A stretch of DNA of 64,000 nucleotides from Oopsacas minuta (taxonomy: Eukaryota; Animalia; Porifera). Numbering within the stretch: position 1 is the first letter of the stretch; the number at the start of each line of letters is the position of its first letter. The notes under the pieces are model-generated. The model saw only the letters and a list, made by a program, of their open reading frames with translations. It had not been told where the DNA came from and did no database searches. Position numbers and translations under genes: made by a program. Below are positions 13,157 to 26,140 of the stretch, one piece after another. The DNA is taken from positions 1,194,619 to 1,258,618 of the forward strand of contig JAKMXF010000111.1 in assembly GCA_024704765.1 (NCBI GenBank), given 5' to 3'.

Positions 13157-15155
13157 ATGGATAAAATACCCAGCAAATTTACTCTTCCTTCCTCACGTCC
13201 ACCTAAACATATTGAAACTTCGAAGCTAGCAATTAACTCAAAACAATCACGAGATTATTCCCCTCTCCCGTGGAACCATTGCTTCTCTCAGCAGTTAGAC
13301 ATTAGGACAAGTGATACAGATATATTTCATGTGTACACACTAGGTACAGAGGGTCCTGTTGTCCTTCTTCTGCATGGAGGTGGTCACTCAGCCCTCTCTT
13401 GGTCCTTACTAGCAGAGAACTTAGTAGAGAGTGTAAATTGTCGCGTTTTGGCTCTAGACTCTAGAGGACATGGAGGTACGTCCACTAGGGATGATTGTGA
13501 CCTCTCATGGCAGAGACAGGTACAAGATGCTGCTGACGTGTTTAATAAGATGTATGTACATCAAGGTATCGCTATGTTATTATATTAAATTGTTAAGTAC
13601 ATGTGCCAGTTTAGTGTATTAATGGTAGGACGAATTGTTCCCACCTAGACATATTTTGAGGGCACTTTCACCCACTTCTTTGCAATTTTAGCATTTAATA
13701 CTAGTACATAGGAAGCACACTAAAAGGACTTTAGTTTTCGAGATTTGGCCTTGCATGCAAGATGGTTGAACCACATCTAATTGTGGCATAAGCAATAGAT
13801 ATTCACCGAATACTGGTGGGAAATGTGTGATTTTAAGGCGTCAAAAAGTGCTAAAATCTCGTTTTGGTGCGGGAATTGGTTAAAACGAAGTGGTAAAATT
13901 TTAGTCTTCCTTTTCACTACGAACGTAACACTTCGGCCGTAATCGGTTAATGGATATACTGTAAGCAACATTATACCAGCTGATACAAATACGTACAATC
14001 AACTCATATTATATGACTTATATCGAACACGAATATATCGAATTCTGAAATCGTACAAATTCCCAAACTGTCAAAGTAACATATATTCATCGGTTATAGT
14101 GACCTACACTTATATCGAAGTGAGGAATTATCGCGGTCACTTGAGCTTCGATATAATGGGATTTGACTGTATATTATGAGATGAATGTATAGATGATACA
14201 CCAGCTCCTCCAGTAGTAATTGTGGGACACAGTATGGGAGGAGCTATAGCAGTACGTCTATCTCAGGAGAGATTGCTGACGTCACAAGCAGGGCTCGTAG
14301 TGATAGACGTAGTAGAAGGTACTGCTATGGATGCGCTAGGATATGTACATAGTTTCTTAAGAGGTCGTCCTAAAGTATTCAAGTCTGTAGATGAGGCTAT
14401 AGAGTGGACAGTGAGGAGCGGACAGATTAAGAACCTGTTGTCTGCTCGTATATCAGTACCTGGAGTTATTAGCCCTATTAAAATAGAAGAGGTGATTATA
14501 TTTAATCCAGAAATTTTCCGCACGTTTAGACATATTTGAGTACACACATACGCACCTATAAATATTTTTCTATCACTGGGGACGTATAATTTAATTAACA
14601 ATTTTTGCGTGACCTGCTCAACTGAACAATTCAGAACAACTACACTACCAATCCTGGATAGTCCATCATACACAATGAAAATTTGTTGCATTTAACAAAT
14701 TTACTATCAAAATTCGAAATTAATTTCCCTGCAAGGGCTTTACTTATATGATTTGTATTTATCATCAGGTATTTGGTGACAATAATATTGTTACTACAGA
14801 TATTCCTGAACCTACACACTCTATAGATACAGGTGCTACACCTGTATCTAATGTTACAAACAACAATGGATATACTTGGAGAATAGACTTAGCAACCACA
14901 GAGTCACATTGGAAAGGATGGTTCCAAGGCCTCTCCTCCCTCTTCCTCTCTTCTCTTGTACCTAAGGTTCTTATTCTAGCTGGTACAGATCGGTTAGATA
15001 AGGAACTTACTCTAGGACAGATACAAGGGAAGTATCAATTCAATGTATTACCTAAGTGTGGTCACATTGTGCATGAAGATGCTCCTAGTAATGTAGCTGA
15101 TATTATAGGGGACTTCTTAGTTAGATTTAAACTTGCTTGCAAGAATACTCACTAA
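13157..15155 (+). CDS. PPME1: Protein phosphatase methylesterase 1; approx. join(13157..13565,14193..14491,14769..15155)
   Basis: DYSPLPW, LLHGGGHSALSW, DSRGHG, nucleophile GHSMGG, VIDVVEGTA, ARISVPG, WKGWFQGLS, GHIVHED. The first donor is inferred from phase only. Confidence 0.9.
13996..14169. mobile_element. Tc1/pogo-like MITE in PPME1 intron 1
   Basis: TA-caatcaactc ... gatttgactg-TA imperfect TIRs. Confidence 0.5.
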
Positions 15156-15485
15156 TTTAAACCTTTGATTATACTAAATATACACGTATGTAGTTTGTAA
15201 ATATTTATTGCAACGTAATGTTATACTTTTCGTTTACAGCAGATCTGTTAATATATAATAGAGTCATCGGTCAAATTGTCAAGGTCAGAACGAAACCATG
15301 CATGTGTTAATTAAACATCGCCGGTTAATCTTGTCAACACCTTTATTCTGCTTAATAGGGAAAATGACCTTGGTATTGAATACATGTTTCTAACAATCGT
15401 GTAGTCTCTAAAGAGCCATATTATCTAACGAATCATTTGTATGTTATCTGACGCTTTCTAGTTTTGTTCTCTAATGTAATAATCC

Positions 15486-18400
15486 ATGTTAAATATACGT
15501 AATAGATTTCTAGAAAAGCTCTGCATAATAATGGAATCATCAGATATTATTTTCCTATTTCTAAAGAAGATGAGACTAGAGAAATATTATTCTAAATTTA
15601 CTTCTAATTCTTATTTCAATATAAAATCTATTGAAGATTGTAAATATGTACTTTCTAATTTAAACTATTTGGAAGAGATTGGCTTATCATCTGCTGAAGT
15701 TAATCGGTTCAAAAGGCTTTATGAAAAGGCTTTTAAGGTGAGTATTGAGTATGTATAAGTAATCCTTAATCTTATATTTAGTCCTTTGCAAGGTTGAAAC
15801 CGCTCGAACCAAGTATCAGTATTCATGAATAGCTTACTTAGCAATACTGAGATTAATCCTCTTAGATGTTCACAGGTTTACCCAGCCGAATACTATATTG
15901 TTCAGTTGAACTCAATATTGAATTTATCATTGTAATATTGGTTATTTGTTATTGTTACGTTTAACATTAGGAAAGTAAAGAAGAGTATGAGACCCAAATT
16001 TCAGAGAAGAAAGTTACTATTAAGTCACAACCCCTGTTAACTCAACCCTCCACTGAAGGTAGCATTAAAGGTGTTCAGATACAACAGAAGTTAGAAATTA
16101 TACAAAAAGATCCTATTTCTATTAGCTATAAATATCTAAATATTGATGGTATTAAATCAGCCAAAATTCGAAATGAATTAATTGATTCTTCTGAATGGAA
16201 GTCTTTAAGATATTTTGAGTTAGTAACAATATTTTACAAATTATTTCAAAACATTTTACTGTTCCTGAGTGTACAAGCATTGAAATTTATCACAGAACTG
16301 GATATCCAATGGTTACAAGTCCAAATGATTATTTTAAATTAGTTCAAGAATTTTGTGAAGAAGATTTTAAATTTGTTTTTATTTTACCTAAAAGGCTTTT
16401 CAAATATAATTTTAATCCATCAAGCCCGAATAAACGTAGATCAACTTATACCCATTACCAATCATATCTTATTCAAATATCCCATCAAGATTCTCGATCA
16501 AAATATGAAATCAGAATATTCTCCAGTGCAACTATTCTACGTGTTGATGAGTTAAAGTTTGAATGTTCTAAGAAATTCCACTTACCATACTCCTCCATTT
16601 CAATCAATCTTAGACTTCCTGACCAAGGTGGTATGGAATATAACTCAGAAGATAATACAAGTATCACCATTGACAACATATTGAATGGAGATTTCAAATT
16701 GTATGTAAGTGTTGGTGAGTATTTTTGGGAACCAAATTATTTTAACAGTTTCAAGTTTGATTATTATTTTCCTATTACTGAACTTACTCCTGACACACTA
16801 ATCTATACCAATATATATTTACTATTCCTTGCCAGAGAAGCTCATTTGAAGAGTTCATTAGATATATTTACCAGTTGTTTAGGTCTGCTACAGAAGATTT
16901 CTTGCTCCCCTCCTCTAGTTTATTCATTGAGGTTACTCTTTAATCAAAAACCTATTACACTCCCTCATAAGATTGCAATAATTGAAGGATTGATTACTAC
17001 TATAATGATGTTAGATAGAAGTATGAAACAATTTGATTTCTCTTGTCTATGGTGTTATCTGAAACAAAATACGAATTCATCATATTTTAAAAGTGAACAG
17101 TATGAAAAAGGTAGCACTAATGACATTTTACACAAAGAAATTAATCTTGATAACTATAGAGAGACTCCGCACATCAAGTATGATTATACTTCATTCAGAC
17201 GGGAATTTTTCAATTCTGAATCTACCTTTTTCATTTTTCAACACCCTATTGATATATATCGGAATTATCTGATGAGTCAGCACTGTAATGGGTTAACTAC
17301 GATACGATATCAGGAACTATTAATACCTTGTGTATTCTTTGGTTGTTCTATGAAGTCTGATAAACTAATGCTTGACTATTATTCCCCTTATCATGGGTTA
17401 ATACCATTTAATTCTTTTAAAGTTGACTCACCTTGCGAGCTTGAAATCAACGATTATTCTAAGATTTTAGTTATTTTAGATATTAGCAATGATATGAACA
17501 ATACATTAGATGGTTTTAATTACTTCCCGGATACTATCTCTAAAGACAATGTATTCTATCAACTGGATACAGCTCTCTTCTTGATTGAGATTATTATAGA
17601 TACATTAATTAGTAAGAATTTAGAATATTTATTGGGAATAACTTTAGTGTCCAATGACCATGGATTTGAAAATGGATATTTGGTATTTCAGGATTTGACA
17701 CCTGATTATGATTTTACTATTCAAGAATTACGAAAATGGATTCGAACTACTACCCCTGAAATACCCACAAAAGAACGTTCTTCACAAGGAGGTATATGTG
17801 GTGCTCTTATTATTATTTGGCGAAGAAATATAATAATACAGAACTATTTATCTTTACTAACCATAAACATATTGAACGTTTCTATGGAAGTAATGTCCAT
17901 CGTATCGAAACGGATATCTTGATGACGTCATATTGTGTAAACACTATTGTGTTTGGGGGATTAGGTGTGAGGCTGGAACCTTTATGTAAGAAATCACAAG
18001 GATCTTTAATTAGTGGAAATTCTTTCTTCAGTAAGTCTGCCAGAGATTCGAAAGACCCTATGTATTACTTCTGTCAATTCCGAGAATACGTTAATCTTAC
18101 CAGAGAGTTACTTACTGGTACGTCAAATCCTGATCAGCTGACTAGTTTTAAAGATGTTCAAATCCACTACAAGAATCATTTATCAAAAGCAGATGATTCT
18201 ATTAAAATATTACAAAACAAGCATTTATCCTCCAATCCACAATATCGACTAATGCCATCTATCCTACACACTATTTCTCAATATTTGAGTAATCCTAATC
18301 CTTTTGTATTTATCTACTCAGTAGATAACGATGTAACAAATTGGTTGTTAATCTTAAAGTTTCCCCCCAATTCTGTTCTATTCGGTTCTGATCATATTAT

Positions 18401-18986
18401 TTCTCTAACATTTTCCAAGCATTATTTATATCAACCTCCCATCTTTAAATTCCTTACTCCCATTCTACATCCTAATATCTATACAAATGGTAAAATATGT
18501 CATCCAATTCTACTAGAAGATTATGATCCTAACACAACTACTTTGAAGATAATTATTGATTCAATCCATTCTATGCTATGTAAACCAATTAGAACTCATG
18601 TTATCAATAGAGCTATTGGAGAACTATTTTTACTCGGCACTACTCTATATAAATTGCAGATTATATCAGTTATCGAAATAGTTTGTATGAATAGTCTTCC
18701 TCGCAGACAACAGGAAAAATCTCTGAATATTACATTGACTACCTCTGCTGTAACTCCACCAAAGTATTTACTCTGTCCTCTAACTAAAGAACTATATCAA
18801 AATCCTGTTATATCTCCTGATGGAAACACTTTTGAAAGAAGTGCTATCTTAGAAAGTTTGAAAATTTCCCAGACAGATCCCATCTCCAATAACCCGTTGA
18901 CTGAGGAATTCTTATTTCCAAACTATGCTATTGCTGATTGTGTTGTAAAATATAAAATGAACTGTGTTAAATATTCTCCAGTGTGA
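15486..18986 (+). CDS. Gene A1: SAM - Ubl-like x2 - helical region - degenerate VWA - E2/UBC - U-box; join(15486..15737,15971..18986) with two frameshifts
   Basis: SAM-like exon (FLKKMRLEKY...IGLSSAEVNRFKR) ends AAG|GTGAGT; acceptor at 15970. VWA strand ILVILDISNDM; E2 core TPILHPNIYTNGKICHPIL; U-box CPLTKELYQNPVISPDGNTFERSAI...DPISNNPL...PNYAI. Frameshifts at 16248-16251 and 17808/9 are corrected by comparison with copy A2. Confidence 0.8.
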
Positions 18987-19827
18987 GTATATATGTATAT
19001 ATGTATATTTGTATATTTGTATATTTGTATATCTTCTAATTTACCAATTTGTTAATGGCTTGCTATTTTGAATATTTATTGAGTTAATATTTTTTATAGA
19101 TTTTATCCTTTGAATTAACATTTATACGTTGTTATGTTTGACATATTTGTTCTTGCCTCAAAATGGTTCAGACCGGAACTCATCATGATTTCTTCATTTG
19201 ACATACTTGTGACTCCTGTGTCAAAGGGAATATTGTTACCCCGAACATTATTCACTAGTGAATGATGTTTAGGTAGCATCATTTCCTAGGAAACCCTGTT
19301 TCTCCGAGTGTTTCTCCTTGCACACTTAGGAACACGTAAGCGCCACCCTCGCAGGGCCAAGATCCAACGATGATCCAATGAAGTCCAATTCAATCACCAA
19401 AATAGTGAGTTAGAAACACACTTCGCAACACATGCGCGGGTCAAGGAAACGTGAGGTATTCCGTAATCATAATCAGACGTCCTCTGGTTATGCATAGGGA
19501 CCTACGGTTAATTGCTATTTATAATATAGATTATTTCACTATGAATTATACTTACTTAAAATCAACTATAACGTGCCAACCTGAGGGAAGAAGATTCTCC
19601 ATTATTTTTTCGGGTAGTTAAAGATTTCTCAATCGTCTTTCCTGACAAACAAACCCATAAACATAATCACTCAATAGTTATACACCAAAATTATACGTAC
19701 ATAAAGAGCTAATAGAGTTCAATCACACATCGTATCAACCTATATCTAAAGCACTACTGTTGTAAATATCAAATCTTAACTAAACTTGCATGCATATTCT
19801 AAATAAATAATAGAATCTTTGATCTGT

Positions 19828-22800
19828 TCATAGATCGGATAGCTTTGAGCGAAACTCTTCGATACCTTCTAGGACTGCATAGTTAGGAACAAGTTGTTCC
19901 TTTGTTAACGACTTGAATGAGAAAGGATCTTGATTAGCAACAGTTTCAAGGTACTCTTCAATTGCTTCTTTTTCATAAGTATAACCATGGCTAGTAATAA
20001 CTGGTTCTCTGAAAAGATTAAGAGTTAACGGGCAAGTAAACTGCCTATGATAACAATTTTTGATATCAGGATTACCCCCAAGTATCTCAATACGAACATC
20101 TATTTTAGTTTTGTTTCTTGCGTGTGTTTGTGTGAAATTTCTCGCCTCCCTCTCATACTCCTGTTTATTTGAGCTAAGCAAAGCAGCCTTGTAGCTATCC
20201 AGTGGATCATCTGGAGTAGCTTCAAGAAGTAATCCGTACACGTGATCTAATAACTCTCTAATCTTTTTCTCTGGAGAGTAGAAATTATCTAGGACCTTAT
20301 GACATATCCTCCCAGCACTGTTAATATTACAATGATATATAGGAGTGATGAATCTTATATTTGGAGCTTTGTTTGGATAATCTTTTGTAAATTCTATGTA
20401 TAAACAGAATATTCCATCTTCATATGGAGTTCCTTTTGGAGCTTCTAACATCAAGTGCCAGAAGTCAACAGCATCACTACATGGAAATATTTCAAAGTCT
20501 GGATGAGGATTTGTTTGTAGATAAGCTAGCTCTTTAATTATCCTCTTTGTAACTTCAGCACTAACTTGTGAAGATAGTATTTTATGCATTACCGCATTTG
20601 CTAAGCATTTTTGGGATGTTTGAAATGTGCTTGCCAGCTTGTCTGGGTGTCTGAATTCTGGATTAGTATCAAATGGAATTAATAGAGATTCTTCAATACT
20701 ACTATCCAAGTGATTCTTATATTTTCTACAAGCTAAATTTAACATTGTTTCAAATTCGAATATGTTTGATAGTTCCTTTTGGTCCTTTGGTTGAAATGAC
20801 AATCCACCTGATATTTTGGCTATAGCATGGGTATTAACTCTACCTCCACATAGCAACACGCTATCCATCACTATATTGTTGCTTATCAGAGAGTTTGATG
20901 CATTACTAGGTGATGTTTTGGATGCATTATCACCACCATCTCGTTAAACATAATATTCTTGCTTTTAGGGTATTAGGGAAACTGTGTTTCGATTTGAAGG
21001 AGTTAATATACTCAATGGTAAAGATAATAGCATCATAAATCGCGGTACTACCTTTGTTTGGGAATGATCTAATCTCTTTAGAAAAGTGTCTGAATGACTC
21101 AGTTAACTCTAATTCCAATTTAGATGTACCTCCAAATATCACTAATCCAATCATGTTTTTATAATTATAAGCTGTAGTACGATTACAGAACTGTTCAAAT
21201 CCAGTCATTGCTAGTTCATACTTGGATTTGCTTGCGAAATATTGTGAATCCATTGACCTACTTGTATCCAATACCACCATTATGATTTCTTCTATTTCAT
21301 TTAGTGGACGAGTTATAGTTGTGAAATCTACAGTTGTGTTTGTAGCTATAGTATCCGAGCCTTTTAGTAGTTTAGCATACTGAGGGTGATTCCCCTTTCT
21401 TAATGTTTCATCTAAATCATCAGCATCAAAATTGAAAGTATTTCCTCCTAGAGGATCAAATCCTTCATAAGATTTACTATCATCCTTACTACCTCCAATA
21501 TAGTTACAAACCATTCCATTTTCACCAAGAATCATACAAGGAACTGGACAAGTATGATCTTTAAGAGCTAAGGGCAATTGAATGCAGAGAAATTTCATTT
21601 CTAAACATTTTGTTATAATAGTGTTCCATTCTCTTGTTAAATCAACTTCATTGATTACCATAGCTTTTTCTTTCCATATCTGAGCCTCAAAGCCTGAGAA
21701 GCATTTGATTATCCTGACATATTCTGGAAGAGGTTCGAACATTTCGTTGTTAATTTTTCCAGTATAATTTGCTTTGTCAACTATGTGAGGAATTCCTTCA
21801 CTATCCATCACTCTTTTAGGATCTCTCATGCGATTATTCTTAATGGTACAGCAAAGATTGAAATCTGAATATTCCTCTGTTCTGCTGCTATGATATTCTT
21901 TTGCAAATTCAATGAAGTAAGCCCAAAAATTGATGGATTCTTCTAGGATTTGCTTCTCTTGAATGGTAATGGAGCTATTAACATCTCCTTTTAGCTGTTT
22001 CGGTCCTATTGACTTATATACCAACATCAGTACCTCTTGAATAGCAACTCTGTGTGGTAGAGTTAAACATTCTTTATTGAATAATAGTTTTAGTGCATGG
22101 ATTAATGGAGCACATCCTGTAATGCTTCTAATATGGCCAAGAACATTGGTTCGAATATTTAACGACTGTTTTCTAATCCATATGGAAAGTGTGTAGAGCG
22201 AAGCGAAAAACAAACTTTTTCCATAAACTGTTTGAGAATCATTCCATGAAGCTAAACATGCACTAGCAAAGAAATTCTGATCCCAGGATGATAACCAAAA
22301 TTCACTTTCTGGTATTATCTCTATCACAGATTGATCTTTAATATCATACTCTGTCAAAAGTTTTTCTTTATTTTCGAGTTTGATTTCCTTATCCTTAGAG
22401 ATAACTTCTAATTTGAAACATGTTGGTGGGAGAGATGTCATTTGATGAATGATATTCGTTAGTTCCTTCACTTTTACTTTCTTACAGTTAATACCAACAG
22501 GTATCGGTCCAAATCCTACCTCCTTAGCTCGAATATATATTACATCTTCTTTTTCATTTACCCTTTCGTTACCGACTTATTTATACTTGAAACTTTTTCA
22601 TCGGTTTCTGTGAATATTTTAGGTCTGGGTATCGCGTATAGTACAATTGTGTCATACGTCTCAAGACACCAATCACTCAACTTAGAAATATAACAAGATG
22701 GATTAATTGCTAGAGGATATCCTTCACGAGTATAGAGTTCTATTGTAAGCTTGTTTCCCAATTTTGTGTTCTTGTTCACAAATCATGTTAACCAAATCAA

Positions 22801-24294
22801 AATAATGCATCTTTTCGCTGTCAAATGTACACCCAAATGGTTTATTTCTGGTTTGAGCTCTGTCATTATTAGCTGATAGGATATTCGTAGATTACAACGG
22901 ATTCTCTGTTGAGATATTATCTTTTTCAATTTTTCTTGATCGACAGTTGTGGGACTAAATGGTAGATCAGAGGATTGTACTACAGGCTTCTGGTTCATCG
23001 AAGATTCCTGTTGAAAAAATACATCAATTATCGGATTACATATATATTACAAAGCGATTTTATCACACTGTGATGAAATCACAGAGAATTGCCAAAAATG
23101 AGGTGTGATGCAATTTTCTCGTCTTTTTTTATTTACTATTACTTCTATATGATTAATCATATTTCACACCTTTTTGCATGTTATTCACATCTTTATTTCC
23201 AGCTGGACACTGCAAAAAGTTCAACCCTTTTACACATCCTGTTAAGGAGGTTAGGACTTTGACAGAGCCCATGTACATTATATTGTGTTTAATATTTTTG
23301 CTTTGATGTGTACATTTTGTTGCAAATTGACAGTCCTTATGGGGCCGTAATATGATTAATCATATGACAGACCATGTAGATATAGATTTGAAATGTAAAA
23401 TTTATATCTACATACTCGATTACCCCCGACTAGCAGTTATAACGAAAACTCTAACATAATTTTGAATAATATGCAAAAGGGTGTAATATATGATTAATCA
23501 TTAGATAGATCTGGGAATTTATAGCTTTCAGACTCTGAAATATCTAAATATCGGACTCTACACACCCAATTACCCTTGCCAACATGTTGAAACCTAATCT
23601 CTAGCTTGCTTTTGAAATTGACATGGAAAGGTGTGAAATAATCACTTTAGAAATTCATAGCCGAGGTGCAAATCTCCGACCAAAAATGTATATGTATACG
23701 AATTTTCATGTAAATCTGATTGTTAGATTTCGCACGGCAGCGCAGACGGAAGGACGGACGTTACACATTGGCCATGCCATTGGGACATTTCCCTATAGAA
23801 GCTGCACTAAAATATGGATTCAGCATATCCAATATACTATTTAATTGAATTAAATTTACCGTACTTGATAAACGCGATTAATACTTAACATTTCAGAATT
23901 GCGAAATTCAAAATCTAAATTACACACCATATTTACTTACTTGACAACGCAGGGCGGCATACCCGGTACCCTATGGCTAGTCCGGCATCGCGGTACCACA
24001 TTCCAATAGGAATACAAAACAAGATAACTTCTTCAAGTGACTCAGAAAAGAAAATACTTATTGCTAATATAATATTTAGTGACTTACCTTTCTTATTTCT
24101 TCATTTACTTTTCGTTTAAACCGTCCAATTTCAACTGGTTTCATCCCCATTTTTACAAGCTCATCATCTGGAATATCTTGAAGGTCTTCCAGTTCTTCAG
24201 CTCCTAGATCGAGAATATGTTCTCTGTATTTGGCCAAACGGATCTGTTTTAAAAATGTATCCATCTCTGTCTCAGGGGTACAATTTGACGCCAT
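19828..24294 (-). CDS. Gene B1: SAM - Ubl x2 - helical region - VWA - E2/UBC - U-box; complement(join(19828..23007,24088..24294)) with four small indels
   Basis: SAM exon (FLKQIRLAKY...MGMKPVEIGRFKRK) ends AAG|GTAAGT. Ubl-like KLLTEYDIKDQSVIEI; VWA VVLDTSRSM...GSTAIYDAI...T-DGG; E2 GTPYEDGIF...YHCNINSAGRICHKVL; U-box CPLTLNLFREPVITSHGYTYEKEAIEEYL. Indels near 22829, 22762, 22560 and 20942 relative to B2. Confidence 0.82.
23560..23981 (+). mobile_element. Possible Helitron/Helentron-associated non-autonomous element in the B1 intron
   Basis: aattttcatgtaaatctg followed by a gacgg microsatellite, and a GC-rich end terminating in ctagt, as recalled for DINE/HINE-like elements. Boundaries are approximate. 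Confidence 0.35.
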
Positions 24295-24694
24295 GAGTTA
24301 TCACGGGAATTCAGGAAAATTGTGTATCTGCATTTCTGATTATCATTTACGTGTACTTATACTTTAGCTGATGTACATATACAAATAATTCTATAGTAAA
24401 GAAATTCTATCTTACCAGTTCTTATTGTCAATGGGAGGGATTAGGACGTATATTAAATGGTACTTTATGTGTTTATTACATATTATAATTTTTCCTAAAT
24501 CACATATGAATAGTGTTCTATTAGCATCGACGATATACGACGACTGTGCCGTCTGTCGAATACGTAGGATAGCGCTAGTTGCTAAGAACTTCAACTTGCA
24601 TGCTTGCAACATCTTTTACCTATTTATTTGATTAAAAATCAATAATAGCTTCTAATTGGTTAGACTAATAGCTATAAAGTAGAATAGTTAGCTG
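24295..24694. promoter_or_regulatory. Putative bidirectional promoter between B1 and SPCS3 (duplicated at 34681-35067)
   Basis: Head-to-head start codons 400 bp apart; sequence nearly identical in both units. Confidence 0.5.
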
Positions 24695-25854
24695 ATGAAC
24701 ACTGTATTGGCTCGATTGAATGCAATATTTGCATTCTCCCTAACTGTCCTTGCAGTTTGCGCTTTCCTCCTATTCATTACTTCAATACCTCTGAACAATT
24801 TTCTAAATGACGTCACTATTCTACCTAGTCAGGTGAAAGTACGTAATGTTAGAGAGTTCCCTCGGTCTCCTGTTACGTCAGACCTAGGCTATCTGGTGTT
24901 TGATCTGTCAGCTAACCTGTCAGGTCTCTTCCATTGGAATTGTAAAGAGGTGTTTCTCTATCTGACAGCTGAGTACCAAACTGAAGATAATACTTTGAAC
25001 CAGGTTAGTCATTTTCTTAGTTTTGTTGTTGATAGATATTTTCTATATGTTATTGTTTAGTATTTATATAGTTATCAGACGCAGGTAGTTATTATATTTT
25101 CATCATTGAATAGATAAATGCATAATCACATATAAACCATATACTTGTATCTAGTCATTAATTCTCCTCACATTATACTGGGGTATTGCATGACAGGCCG
25201 CAACTAGGGCCTTTTGGGTGGCCACGTGCCAGGGAATTATACAAGTTATTCGGAGCTCGCTCCTAACACTCCTCTCAAATTTCATACACCCAAATCAGTA
25301 AATTAGTGTTATGGCATAGGGAAAGATCTTCAATTTTCACGCTCCCAATGTAATACGCCTATAGCAGTGTACGGCGCTCCTTGATAATTCCTTGACACGT
25401 GGCCACCCAGTTTCGACTCCACCCTAATACAAAAAGTATAGGCGGGTGGCATATCGCCTTATTTCCCACCCAGATTCAAGAGCCTAGTTGCGCCAATATT
25501 GTATAATAATATAATTTTAGCAGCTAGCGGCAATTCCCTAGTTTCCTAGCTACCCCGATTAATATTTGGTTACAATTCAATGCTCGGGTGGCGATTAGGC
25601 TACTATTCGAGATAATACAGTATTCTATCTAGATTATACTCTGGGATTCAATAATCCTCAGACATGGAAACTTACTTCTTGATTATCGTAATATGAATAC
25701 CAAGTATCCTTTCTTTGATGATGGACACGGTCTGAAGGGTAGAAATATTTCTCTAATTCTATCTTGGAATACTATACCTAATGCTGGTATGTTACCTATG
25801 TACTCTACTGATAGGGACCAAGTACGATTCTCATTTCCTAGATTGTATGAGTAG
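24695..25854 (+). CDS. SPCS3: Signal peptidase complex subunit 3, copy 1; join(24695..25003,25633..25854)
   Basis: MNTVLARLNAIFAFSLTVLA, LFHWNCKEVFLYLTAEY, NQ|IILWD, KYPFFDDGHGLKG, LSWNTIPNAG; 176 aa, intact. Confidence 0.95.
25196..25494. mobile_element. MITE-like element in the SPCS3 intron (also at 35570-35875)
   Basis: Imperfect TIR ggccgcaactagg / cctagttgcgcc plus a nested inverted repeat 25216-25238 vs 25386-25408 (21/23). No TSD seen. Confidence 0.5.
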
Positions 25855-26140
25855 CTTATTAAATAGTTATGTGTTTGGTGTAGTTATTATTCATAATCCC
25901 TTATGTTTAGTTATTTGCCAGGTTGAACCGCTCGAACCAACTATCAGTATTCATGAGTAGGTTCGCTTCCTTGTCCAATACGTACTGATATGAATGTTAA
26001 CCCAACCGAATGCCAATACTATGTATCCTAAATATTGAGTACAACTGAATAACATCAAAATGTATCGTGATACTGATATTATTCAGTTGGTTTATTTAAT
26101 TGCAATTTGGCTTTTCATATATTCTTACAATCAACATTAG

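Noticed and set aside
24412-24631. Short overlapping ORFs in the B/SPCS3 spacer, repeated at 34798-35017
   Set aside because: They recur only because the block is a recent duplicate; composition is AT-rich and non-coding-like.
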